A stretch of 64,000 bases of DNA from NCBI GenBank assembly GCA_051294375.1, contig CM119264.1:3408917-3472916 (forward strand), given 5' to 3'. The DNA comes from Paraspadella gotoi. Its lineage: Eukaryota; Animalia; Chaetognatha. Shown here piece after piece: positions 52,739-64,000 of the stretch (position 1 is the first letter of the stretch; every line of letters starts with the position of its first letter). The notes under the pieces are model-generated. The model was given only the letters and a program-made list of their open reading frames with translations, had not been told where the DNA came from and did no database searches. The position numbers were made by a program, and so were the translations under genes.

Positions 52739-53572
52739 CTGAGGGTGAGTGATTTTATTTACTGATTGACAAGACGGTGATTTTCACATATTTTGTGAAT
52801 CCAGAAAACCAATCTCTACAGTTTTTAGTTTTTAATTTTTATTTGATATAAGTCTGGGAGTTCAGTAGACTGTGAGAGTCTTGAATGAAAGCATTCAGGC
52901 TCTTGTTATTGTTATTGTTTTTTTATTATCTTGTAAGAGGCATCGAGGCCTTAACATTAATAATATAAATAATAACTTAACCATAATAGCCTGTCTCACG
53001 TCAAGGCCAAATTGGATCATTATATTGCTTGTAAAATTTTATATGCTGTTTTTCGTAAAATTAACAAAATACTGGTCTACATTCATGTATGACGCCCAGA
53101 CGCTGAAAATTCCAAATATCCACGCAGCGGTTGATTCAAGGAAAACATTTATGATACCAGTCAAGGCTCAGTGGTTCCGAGGCGCCATGAGGCTGGAGTT
53201 CCATGGGGCTATGATTCCATGGTGCAAAAAAAGGACATCAGAAAGGACGAAAACTCTATCATAAAAATAACCGGTATTTCTAGTCGTTGGAGAAAATCTT
53301 AGAGATTTGACCAAAAATAAGGACGAAGGGAATTAGACGATGATTGGCTGAAAGAAAAACAAAAAAGAAAATCTATGAATCTTTAATCTCTAATCTCTTT
53401 CTATCTTTTTAAATCTCTAAATTTGGCCATTTCTTCCCGTCTCTCTCTCTCTCTCTCTCTCTCTTCTCTGCTCTCTTCGTCGTCCTCTCTCATCTCTCTT
53501 CTCTCCGGTCTTTCTCTCTCCGCTCTTTCTCAGCCGGAGATCGGCGCTGGTTTTGATGACCTGAGCGGACGT

Positions 53573-53661
<89 letters not shown>

Positions 53662-54608
53662 CCGTTGAGGTCGACAAAAATAATAAAAAAATTCCTCCGA
53701 GATCAAAAGGATTTGTCCTGCTTTTCATGCTTGTTCTGCTTGTTCTGCTTGTACTGCTTCTCATGCTTATCCTGCTGGTCCCTTGTGACCTGCTTTCACT
53801 GACGTTGTATTCACTAAAGTTCCTCACCGGTTCTCTAGTCATCAACTCACCTCTTCATCTGTGGAGCTTTTCATCTTCTCCACTCCTCCCCATCTCCTAA
53901 CCATCTGCAAACCATCTCCTCCCCATCTCTTTACCATCTACCCATTTCATAACCAACTGCAAACTATCTCCTCACCATATTTCACCATCCCCTCACCATT
54001 TCCTCCCCATTTCTTCACCATCTCCTCACCATCTGTACACCATCTCCTGTCAATCTCTTTCCCATCTCCTGATCATCTTCTCACCTTCGGAACCTCCACC
54101 GATCCCGGTGGTCTCTTCGCCGGCGTCACTCGTCTCTCTTCGCCGATGAAGTCGGACGGATAATTTAGCGGTTCGGAGTTTTGAGAATTATTTATTATTA
54201 TAATTATTCATACTTAATTACTTCATAGATTTTTTCATAGATTTAATCTATTCACTTTAAAGTTAAAGAATTATTACTATTAAATGTAACCAATGTAATG
54301 AGAAGTGGAAGTACCCCTTTAGGCTTTGCACTCGTTCACAGTCCCAGTCCATCCCGTTTCCAAGTCCCGGTCCCTTCCTTAATCCTCACCGTCGACAATT
54401 AAAATGGATTCACGTGACTCGACGACGACGACGAGAATCACATGGGCGTCATCGGCGTCTCTTTACCATTTCTTTACGATTAGTTTACGATGTTTGTTTA
54501 CGGGGGGGAATCTCGCTGGAGGGCTCTGCAATCTGCACTCGCCAAAAATTCCTGTTTTACCTCCAACTTTCTTTTTTTCTCTTAGAGGAATTTCGTTTTG
54601 GGAAGAAT

Positions 54609-54800
54609 ATCTTTGATTGTGATTGGTTGATCTTTGATTGTGATTGGTTGATCTTTGATTGTGATTGGTTGATCTTTGATTGTGAATGGTTGATCTTTGA
54701 TTGTGATTGGTTGATCTTTGATTGTGAATGGTTGATATTTGATTGTGAATGGTCGATCTTTGATTGTGATTGGTTGATCTTTAATTGTGATCTTTGATCA
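54609..54800. repeat. 21-bp minisatellite, 8 full copies plus a partial one (ctttgattgtgattggttgat)
   Basis: Direct inspection; it produces the IFDCDWL repeats in the ORF track. Confidence 0.95.
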
Positions 54801-54946
54801 TTTTTATTGAATGATTTAATACTGAATAATTCAGGTTTTACTAATCTTGTATAAATTATGTATAAAAACAAACTTTTGTAAAGCAACGTTTGATTTTAGA
54901 CATTACATTTTTTATCACCTTTCACTTAACCATTCTTGTTATGTTT

Positions 54947-55117
54947 ACTTCGCCTTTCACTTTGCCCTTGCACTTTGCCTTGCACTTCGCCTTTCACTTC
55001 GCCTTGCACTTCGCCTTCACTCGCCTTTCACTTCGCCCTTCACTTCGCCTTGCACTCGCCTTTCACTTCGCCTTTCACTTCGCCTTTGCACTTCGCCTTT
55101 CACTTCGCCTTTCACTT
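54947..55117. repeat. 12-bp minisatellite (cacttcgccttt), ~14 imperfect copies
   Basis: Direct inspection. Confidence 0.9.
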
Positions 55118-55270
55118 GGCTAAATCATCTACATCAGTCTCTGTCCCTCCCTTCAAGTAATGACCACCGCCGCTGTGACAAACGACAACAACAACAACAA
55201 CGACGACAAAAACAACTACGGACCACTTGCCGGTCACATGTGACAAATAAAATCTCTCTCTCTCTCTTTC

Positions 55271-55373
<103 letters not shown>

Positions 55374-55759
55374 GCTTTTCATACAGGAAAGCGAAACAAG
55401 AAATAAACAAGAAATAAAGTATTTCTTTCATCTAATACTAGCGTTTTTTTCGTTTATTAATCCTTAGATTAGAAACGACTTAATACTTAGCAATATTTGT
55501 AATAGGATTTATATTTCTCTAATTCCGCCAAGAAAACCAAAAATTTTATCTTATTTTACTTCGAAAAGAAAATGTATTTTCGCCGATAATGTCGTTGTGC
55601 GAGAGAACTAGTTGAAAAAAATGGGAGAGGGTGAAAAAAAGAAGAAATGCTTTTTGGCTTGGGAGTTCATTTTTTCCCTCGGTTTTTCTGCCACCTTCTT
55701 ATCTCGATAGAACAGACTTTAATTTCATTGCAACAATTCGATTACATCCTTATTTTTTG

Positions 55760-55795
<36 letters not shown>

Positions 55796-57572
55796 TTGGG
55801 GAAACGAAAACCCGAACTTTGCGCGAGGAAATGAAATTTACGAGATGAAAATTATTTCAAATTACGTTAAAATTTGGACACAAAGGTTGACCTTTAAAAA
55901 CTAAGAAAAATGATCAAATTGTTAACCCTGAACACAAAATCGCTAGATGGAATTATGAAAAAAAGGTAAAAAGCTTGTGATTGAATTTGAAGTCGTCGTT
56001 GTTGTCGTCGTCGTTGTTGTTGTCGTCGTCTTTGTTAAAGTTGATGTTGTTAACTCCGTGGGCGTCTTTGATTCGTAATTGTCAGTTTTTTTCGTCGTCG
56101 TCGTCGTCGTCGTCCTCATGGTCGTAGTCGTGTCAAGTCCTACGATTGTCATCTTAAACGCCACCTACGCCATCTGAAAACAATAGAACATTCAGACAAC
56201 CGAACAAGAGGTCGCTGAGGTTCCAGTTATTTTTTCTCCTCAAATTCTCGTCAAATTTTTTCTGGCAGATTTTTTTTTTTTTTGGCTTCACCTTTCACGA
56301 TCGATGTTTTCGTTTCTTTCTCCCTGAGGATTTTCTTTCTTTTCTTTCCTCTACTTTTCTTTCTTTTCCTTCCTCTACCCAGCTTTTCTTTTTTCCTTTC
56401 CTCTAGTTTTTATTTCTTTTCTTTCCTCTACCCAGCTTTTCTTCTTTCCTTTCCTCTACCTTTTCTTTCTTTTCTTTCCTCTACCCAGATTTTCTACTTT
56501 TCTTTCCCCTACTTTTTGTTTCTTTTCTTTCCTTTTTTTTTCTTTCTTTTCTTTCCTCTACCTTTTTTCTTCTTTCCTTTCCTCTACTTTTCTTTCTTTT
56601 CTTTCCTCCATCCTTTAACTTTTACTCTTCCTTCTCATTCCCGTTTCTCTCCTCTTATTTTTATGTCAACCGAACTTTCTTCTCTCCATCTCGATTCATC
56701 CTTTCCTTTCCATCAGTCTCCTAACCTCTCTTTTTCCTTCCTCTCTCCCCTCTCTTCTCTCCCCTCTCTCCTCTCCCCTCTCTCCTGTCGGGAGACGCTC
56801 AAAAGAAAAGAGAATCGACTCAGCAGAAATTTGGAAGAATTTTTTATGCGAAGTTCTCCTTCTTATTTTTCTTCTTTTAATTCTTTTCTCTCCTTCCATT
56901 TTTTCTTCTTCCTTTAATTCTTTTCTCTCCTTCCTCTTTTTCTCTCCTTCTTCTTTTTCTTTCGAGTCGGGACGAGAGCAAGGCCCAAGATGCGACTTTT
57001 TTTAAGGGGAGAGTGAACTGGTGAGGATTGAGAATTAAGGGGAGTCAAGGTTTAATTGTAAGAAAGAAATGATAAAATAAGAAGAAAGAATTAAGTTGGG
57101 GTTGATACATACTAGTTAAAAGTCGAGAATTTTATTATTCAATAAAAAGATAAAAGAATAACATGCCAGCTTTTGAAAAAAAAAATTTAAAAACGAAGTG
57201 TGGCTCGCGACTCACGAGCCTTTGAGCCTTTGAGGGTTAATTTTAAAGTATATTGGTTATTCATTGAAAAAACTTTAAATGTATGTATTCTGCTTGTAAA
57301 TATTCAAAGTTAGCGAAAAGAACCCCGGTTAACAATTCAAGTTGGTTAAAAAGTTTAAAAGCAAAAACGCGAAAACGAGAGAGAGAGAGATGCGAGAAGA
57401 AGAGCGAGGACGGCAGGAAGGGAGGCGACAGAGAAGTAGGGTATGGGGGGGGAGCAGAGAAAGCGAGAGAGAGAGGAGAGAAGAGGGAGAGAGATAGAAC
57501 GAGAGAGAGAGAAGAGAGGGGAAGAGAGAGAGAGAGAGAGAGAGAAGAGAGAGAGAAGAGAGAGAGAGAGGG

Positions 57573-57612
<40 letters not shown>

Positions 57613-58610
57613 TAATTCGGTTGCGATGATGCGAAGAACGATGCAAGAATACCATGAATGGTGTTTCGCGTCGATTACAACAATCTCTTCTTCTCTCTCT
57701 CTCTCTTTGTCTCTCTCTTTGCTCTCTCCTCTTCTCTCTCTTTCTCTCTCTTGTCTCTCTCTTCTCTACTCTCTTCTCTCTCTCTACTCTCTCTCTCTTT
57801 CTCACTTTTTCTCTCTCGTTCTCTCTTTCTTCTCTCTCTCTCTCTCTCCTACCATTCCCCCAAAGTCTTACTTTTTGGCACAGAGGGTCGATGCCATCGA
57901 GGTCAAACGTTTAAAGATGAATGTTTGCATTTTAAAAAAAAACTCGGAAGCGTTTGAAGGCGAGTTGCTCAGTGGCTGGTTCTGATAAGACTTTTGGCAT
58001 CTGTTGTCTATCAATATTTATGTTTGGGCTTTGGATCAAATTAAATTTTAAACATTCAGAGCGATTTTTTTTTTTATGGGTTTCTTCGTTGAAATGTTTC
58101 GTTTTTTCTATCTTTCTATCTTTCGTTCTTTTATTTATTTTCTTCTTTCTTCTTTTTCCTTTTCCTTCTTTTCTTTGCTATCTCTTTATCTTTCTTTCTT
58201 TCTTTCTTTATTTTTATTCTTTCATTTTTTTCTTTCTTCCTTTCTTTCTTTATTTCATTATATCTTTCTATCTTTCGTTTTTCTATCTATCTTTTTTCTT
58301 TCTTTCCTTCTTTCTTTCTTTTTCTCTATCTTTCTTTCTTTCATTTCATTCTCCTGCTTTTTCCTTTTCCAATTCCTCTATTTCATATTTTTCTTTCCTC
58401 ATTTCTTTCTCAATCTTTTTCTGTCCTAGATTTCCAATTCGCTTTCATCTTTTTCGACTTTAAAACTTTCACGCGCGAAATTCAACTGCGTCTCTCGTCA
58501 ATCAATTGAAGCGTGAATCGTCGCGTCGTCGTCGTCGTCGTCGTCGTCACTATCGTCTTCATTGTCGTCATCGGCATTCTCTCCACGGCGAATATTCGCT
58601 TCACTCGTCG

Positions 58611-58685
<75 letters not shown>

Positions 58686-59353
58686 CTCTCTCTCTCGTCA
58701 TATCTATTTTGCTCGGATTTTTTTTTTACTCTCTCCTCTGTTCGCTTGACCCGTCAACCCATGAGCCATGAGCCCATAGTGAGCCCGACCAAAGTGACCA
58801 TAGTGACCCCGAAATTTTAGAATCCGCTTATATCCTGATCCTTTTTGTTAATCACGAAATCATTATTTTCCTAACTTTTTCGATTAAAATTCTTTTTGAG
58901 TATGTCCTACTTATTTTTTGAAGAAAAGAATATTCGATCTCACTATTTTACGGTAAAATATTTTATACATAATATTAATTAAGTTTTTCCTTTATACTAC
59001 CCAGTTTGTTTATTATTACATTTAATATGATCACCGTGAGAGAGTCCTGAGCCATGTGTATCGGTTGTACCGAGTTTATCTAATTTAACACTATAATAGC
59101 ATTTAGTGTATTTTTCCTTTTTTAGCTCTAATGCAGAATGACGATATTTTATTTTATTATTTGAAATTTATTTTTTAATCAGAATAATCAGTAAATTTGA
59201 AAAATCATTTTTAAAATGTCATGAATCATTGAGGAGGCGGCGGCGGCGGCGGCGCGGCGGCGGCGGCGGCGGTGATTAAGGTGATCACTGAGCAGAGTGA
59301 ATAAAGGGTCGATGAACCGAATTCTCCTGCGTGACCATCTATATCCAGGTACG

Positions 59354-59440
<87 letters not shown>

Positions 59441-59544
59441 ACAATCGTTCTCGCGGCCTACATCGAAATCAGACATAAACATTCGTATTTTTCATTCGAA
59501 ACATTGCTAAGACAACCGACGGACGAGAGAGAGAGAAGAAGAGA

Positions 59545-59588
<44 letters not shown>

Positions 59589-59830
59589 AGAGAGACAGAG
59601 AGCAGCGAGACGCATAAACATTTTAACCCTTTTTTTTTCTTTTTTATTTTCTAAGAAAAAAAAGTAGTTATATCCCGCCCGACGAGGAAATGTAAAAGCA
59701 GTTCGACGCTAACTCGAAAAATAACCCGATTGAACTATGATTTAAGGCGCGTCAATAAAAAAAATTTATTAAGTTTATAAAAAGTCGAAACGCGGGAGCG
59801 TGAGACAGAGATGGAGGAGAGAGAGAGAAG

Positions 59831-59881
<51 letters not shown>

Positions 59882-61179
59882 GAGAGAGACAGAGAGACGC
59901 GGTGCGTTTCTTCTCTTCCGTCAAATGAGGCAAAATCGAGTCAGTCGTAATTTTTGTTTGCGCCGAGGTACACCTATTTATAAGTAATTTTTCGATCGGT
60001 CTGTCGGTCGTCCGTCGTATGTCTGTCGTCCGGTCTGTCCCACTTAAGTTTAAAATGTATATAATTTGCCTATAGTTGGTTGCTCATTTGTTAAGACAGG
60101 AAAAAACCTCAAATCTAGAGACTGCTAGCGCCGCCTTAGGAATTCCTAAAACTATCAGGAATAAAAAGACAGAATTTTGATGCGGTGCATGTCTTAGATA
60201 GACAAGAAAGATTTTTAGTTATTTATCATGTTAGGTCAAGTGATCAAAGAAAAAAATTTTAAAAATAAATAAAAAATAAAAAATGAAATAAAAAAATGAT
60301 GATAAAATAAGATTACTGCGGCGCAACACCATTGAATTACCGTTCTTGTTTGATCTTTAGTATTAAAAACACCAAGGAAATTAGGACATCAAATATGATA
60401 TGTTTACAAATTAAATTATTTCACGATTCTTCTGTACTTATTGGATCAAGATAAAGATAAGATGTCGTACAACAACTTTGGGATTCAATAATAATGTCAA
60501 ATTTGAGCTCTACACGGTAAAACAGCACGTCATGAGGTTTAATTACATTTTTTCTAGTACCAACGGCTAGGAATAATTTTTTGGTACAGATTTTAGGTGC
60601 AGATAAGTACAGAATTGCGAAATGATGAGCTGGCAGATTGTATTCAGTAATACAATAGTACGCGATTTAATGCTTAATATCATAATATTTCCAAAGTCTA
60701 CTCTATTAACCCTAATAAATGTTAAATGTTAAGTTAACTACTTAAGTGGTGAGTAGGACTTGGCCTTGTTATTAATTTTGTGAGACGAATGGTGAATTTA
60801 ATCCAAGGAGAACTCTCTCTCCTCTCTCCTCCACCGAATGGAGTGAATGTACAATTTTCACGAAGTTTGAACTCAATTTCTAATTCGGGAGCGGACTGAA
60901 TAAAATCCTATCCTAATTGGTTTTTTTATGATATTAAAAGATTAGTCCCGTCATTAGATTTTAGGGTCATTTATCATCCATTATTGACTTAGCTCGCGTT
61001 GCGTTTTTGAATGTTGATGGCGAATTGCACTCGGCTCAACCAATACGCCACACATTATTAGACCGACTCCAACTCGTCCACTCTGCACTTGCATCCATTG
61101 CAATACGCATCACTTTCACTCCTCTACAATCACCCCCACTATTTGCTTCGATCACTCCACTCAACAGATCTATCTAATT

Positions 61180-61279
61180 CGGCGGCGGCGGCGGCGGCGG
61201 CGCGGCGGCGCGGTGGCGGCGCGTGCGGCGGGGCGGCGGCGGCGACGGAGGCGGCGGCGGGGGAGCGGCGGCGGCGGCG
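61180..61279. repeat. Imperfect (GGC)n tract; a second one lies at 59236-59272
   Basis: Direct inspection. Confidence 0.85.
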
Positions 61280-61361
61280 GCGCGGCGCGGCGGCGGCGAT
61301 TGCGACTCTCAACCAACAGAACCAGATTTTTTTTATATCAACACAACCCATAGGAGTAGTT

Positions 61362-61441
<80 letters not shown>

Positions 61442-61528
61442 GTCGGTTTTTCTAAAGGATGTTTGGACTTGAAAAAATTATTTGTAGAGAGCGTGCAGTA
61501 GTGAGCGAGAGATAGAGCATAGCGAGAG

Positions 61529-61612
<84 letters not shown>

Positions 61613-61726
61613 AGAAGAGATCGTCCGGGGCGTTGCAGAGAGAGAGGGGCGTAGAAAGTCTTCAGCCGAAAGGAGAAACGGAAGAATTTAAAAACCTCGA
61701 TGATCAGCATGCAATCATCAATCATC

Positions 61727-61786
<60 letters not shown>

Positions 61787-62325
61787 GTCCCGACGACCGA
61801 AAACCGAAAATCACCGGAAGTCGAGGCTTGGTTGGTGACGGGCTGAAAGTTGGGTGGGGACGGGCTGAGGGTCACGTGAGGGTGGGGAGTGTGTGAGGGT
61901 GAAGTGTGTGAGGTGAAGTGGTTTGTGGGGGTAAGGTGGTTTGTAGGTGGGAGGTGGTTTGTAGGGGGGAGGTGAGATCGTGTCTCTTTCTTCGTGCGAC
62001 GTTGATAACAAATTCGATCTAATTTACTTCATTTTAATTCGGAATAAATTTGGGCGTTTTTTGTTTTTTGTTTTTTGTTGTTTTTTTGTTTTTTTGTTGT
62101 TTATATTTGTTCTCGGACCAAAGTATAATTTCATCGTTTTCAAATGAGAGGGACCGATTTGATTAAAGGGGAGGTAACGCATAGAGGTTGAAAATATTTA
62201 TACCGAATAATAATTATGACAAATGAAAGTTTAAAAAGAGTAATTGTCGGGGAGGAATGAGTGTTCGGACGAAATAATGATTGGATAAATTGACTAGTGT
62301 ATCCCTTAGAAATATATTTTGCTAA

Positions 62326-62435
<110 letters not shown>

Positions 62436-62990
62436 ATCGATTCAAAACTAAATGGCGAACGAGTGCATCAAAAGTAAAAACGAGAATTTGATAGAAAAAA
62501 CAAAAGATAAAAATTTAATCGTTTTGAGTAAAAAATCTTGGCAAAGACTTTCCTCACTTTAAGAGGCATCGAAAGTAAACTCCATAATTAAAAATAATAA
62601 AAAAAAAATATTTTTACTTTAAAGTAGAAATTCTTTTTACTCTTTACTAAATATATTTTCGAGTTTCTTGAACCTTAGACTAGATTTACGCCTCTTTTTT
62701 ACGGGGAATTTTATTTCGGAGCCAAAATTAAATCTTTTTTTCTTCGACGATCGAATTATTTTCGTGGGTTGTTGTTGTTGTTGTTGTTTTTGCGGTTGTT
62801 GTTTTTATGTTGTTATTGTTATTGTTGTTGTTTTTGTTTTTGTTGTTTCGCCCAGAAAAGCCGGGTTAAAGTAAAAAATCATTTTACTGTGAATCGAAAT
62901 CCAAAAAGGAAAAAAAGTAAACAAAGGTGTTTTTGGTGTTTTGTGATTTGGCGGGAACCGAATGGCTTGACAAGTCTGCGGTCGAGAACC

Positions 62991-63021
<31 letters not shown>

Positions 63022-63956
63022 CGACAGAGTGCAATTGTGGGGAGTGGTCCGACTTCGAAGCTTTTGATAACCTAAAACTGAGACCAAAAAAATTAATTAT
63101 TAATTATCTCTTCGTTCTTCGTCTGAAAAACTAAAGCGAACATCAAAGTCTTAATGAGACTCTTCTTTCTCTATTCTACTTAACCCTTTACTGCGACCCT
63201 TTTTTTTCTAACTTACCTTTATTTAAACCTTAACTTACCTCAACTTCATCCTCAACTTCAACCTCAATTTAATTCTCGCTCAACCTCAACTTTATTCTTT
63301 TCTCTTTTTTTGTCCTTTTCTTGTTTTCAACTCATTTCGTTTTATGATTGTTTTTGTTTTGAACTCATCACTTTATTTCTTTCTTGTTTTGTTTGTTTGT
63401 TTTTTTTTGTGTTTTTTTATCGCATTGGAGTCGTTAGTGTTTTTTTGTTTTTCTTCTTTTGTTTTGTTTTTATGATTTTCGCCTGAGAAACTAAAGTTTA
63501 GTGAGTTCCGCTCAGACGTCCAGACTTAGCGAACTAAGTATTGACCTTTATTTCTTTTTGTTATTATAAAAAAATGATTATTTTTCTTTCAAGTGTTTAT
63601 GATTACAGATTGTGTCTCAAGATATTCGTAGAATATTTTTTGGGCCAATTTTTGTTTCGTTTTTGTTTTTAGTTAAAGGTCATTTTATATTAGGAATCCC
63701 ACGTTTTTTAAAAAGAGGGAAAACAATTCTTGTGCAGTATTTTTGTATTGTTAAACTTTTTTTACTAATGTTGTTGTTTTGATAATGAAATCATTTTTAA
63801 TTGCGCCGATCAAAAAAAACAAACAAAAAACGGTGAGAGATAAAAGCCGCGATTTAAATTCGAATATAAAAAGATAAAATATTAAAAAAGTACGATGATT
63901 AATTTCCTTCAATTTTTCTAGTTAAAATGATAAACCTTGGCTACCGCTGCGGGTTA

Positions 63957-64000
<44 letters not shown>

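Noticed and set aside
53417-53845. Ser/Arg/Thr-rich ORF ([10 protein letters not shown])
   Set aside because: It derives from a degenerate aagcagaac repeat and runs into (CT)n, with no convincing splice boundaries
54414-55160. Repeat-protein ORFs (IFDCDWL)n and (FAFH)n
   Set aside because: These are minisatellite translations without a credible start or splice context

Overview
This is eukaryotic, probably animal, genomic DNA from a rough draft scaffold. It is AT-rich, has spliceosomal GT-AG introns, and is dense in microsatellites ((AG)n, (GAC)n, (GAT)n, (CCGA)n, (CTTT)n). There are many N gaps, several exactly 25 nt long. Large parts look like uncorrected long-read sequence pasted into gaps: noisy tandem duplicates, one block repeated letter for letter, fold-back inversions and about 7 kb of near-junk. 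Almost every ORF in the track is an artefact of microsatellites or Ns. The one well-supported gene is a 4-exon, frame-consistent CDS at 5368-6558 (+) encoding a very divergent VDAC/eukaryotic-porin-like beta-barrel protein, probably 5'-incomplete, with a candidate upstream exon at 737-819. Other real structure includes a modular Helentron/HINE-like element ((CCGA)n - 6 x 70 bp array - (CCGA)n - terminal stem-loop), a Tc1/mariner-type MITE with TA flanks, two short inverted-repeat elements, several minisatellites and scattered candidate exons. I found no prokaryotic features, CRISPR array, rRNA or tRNA, and nothing I can honestly call a new multi-gene system.
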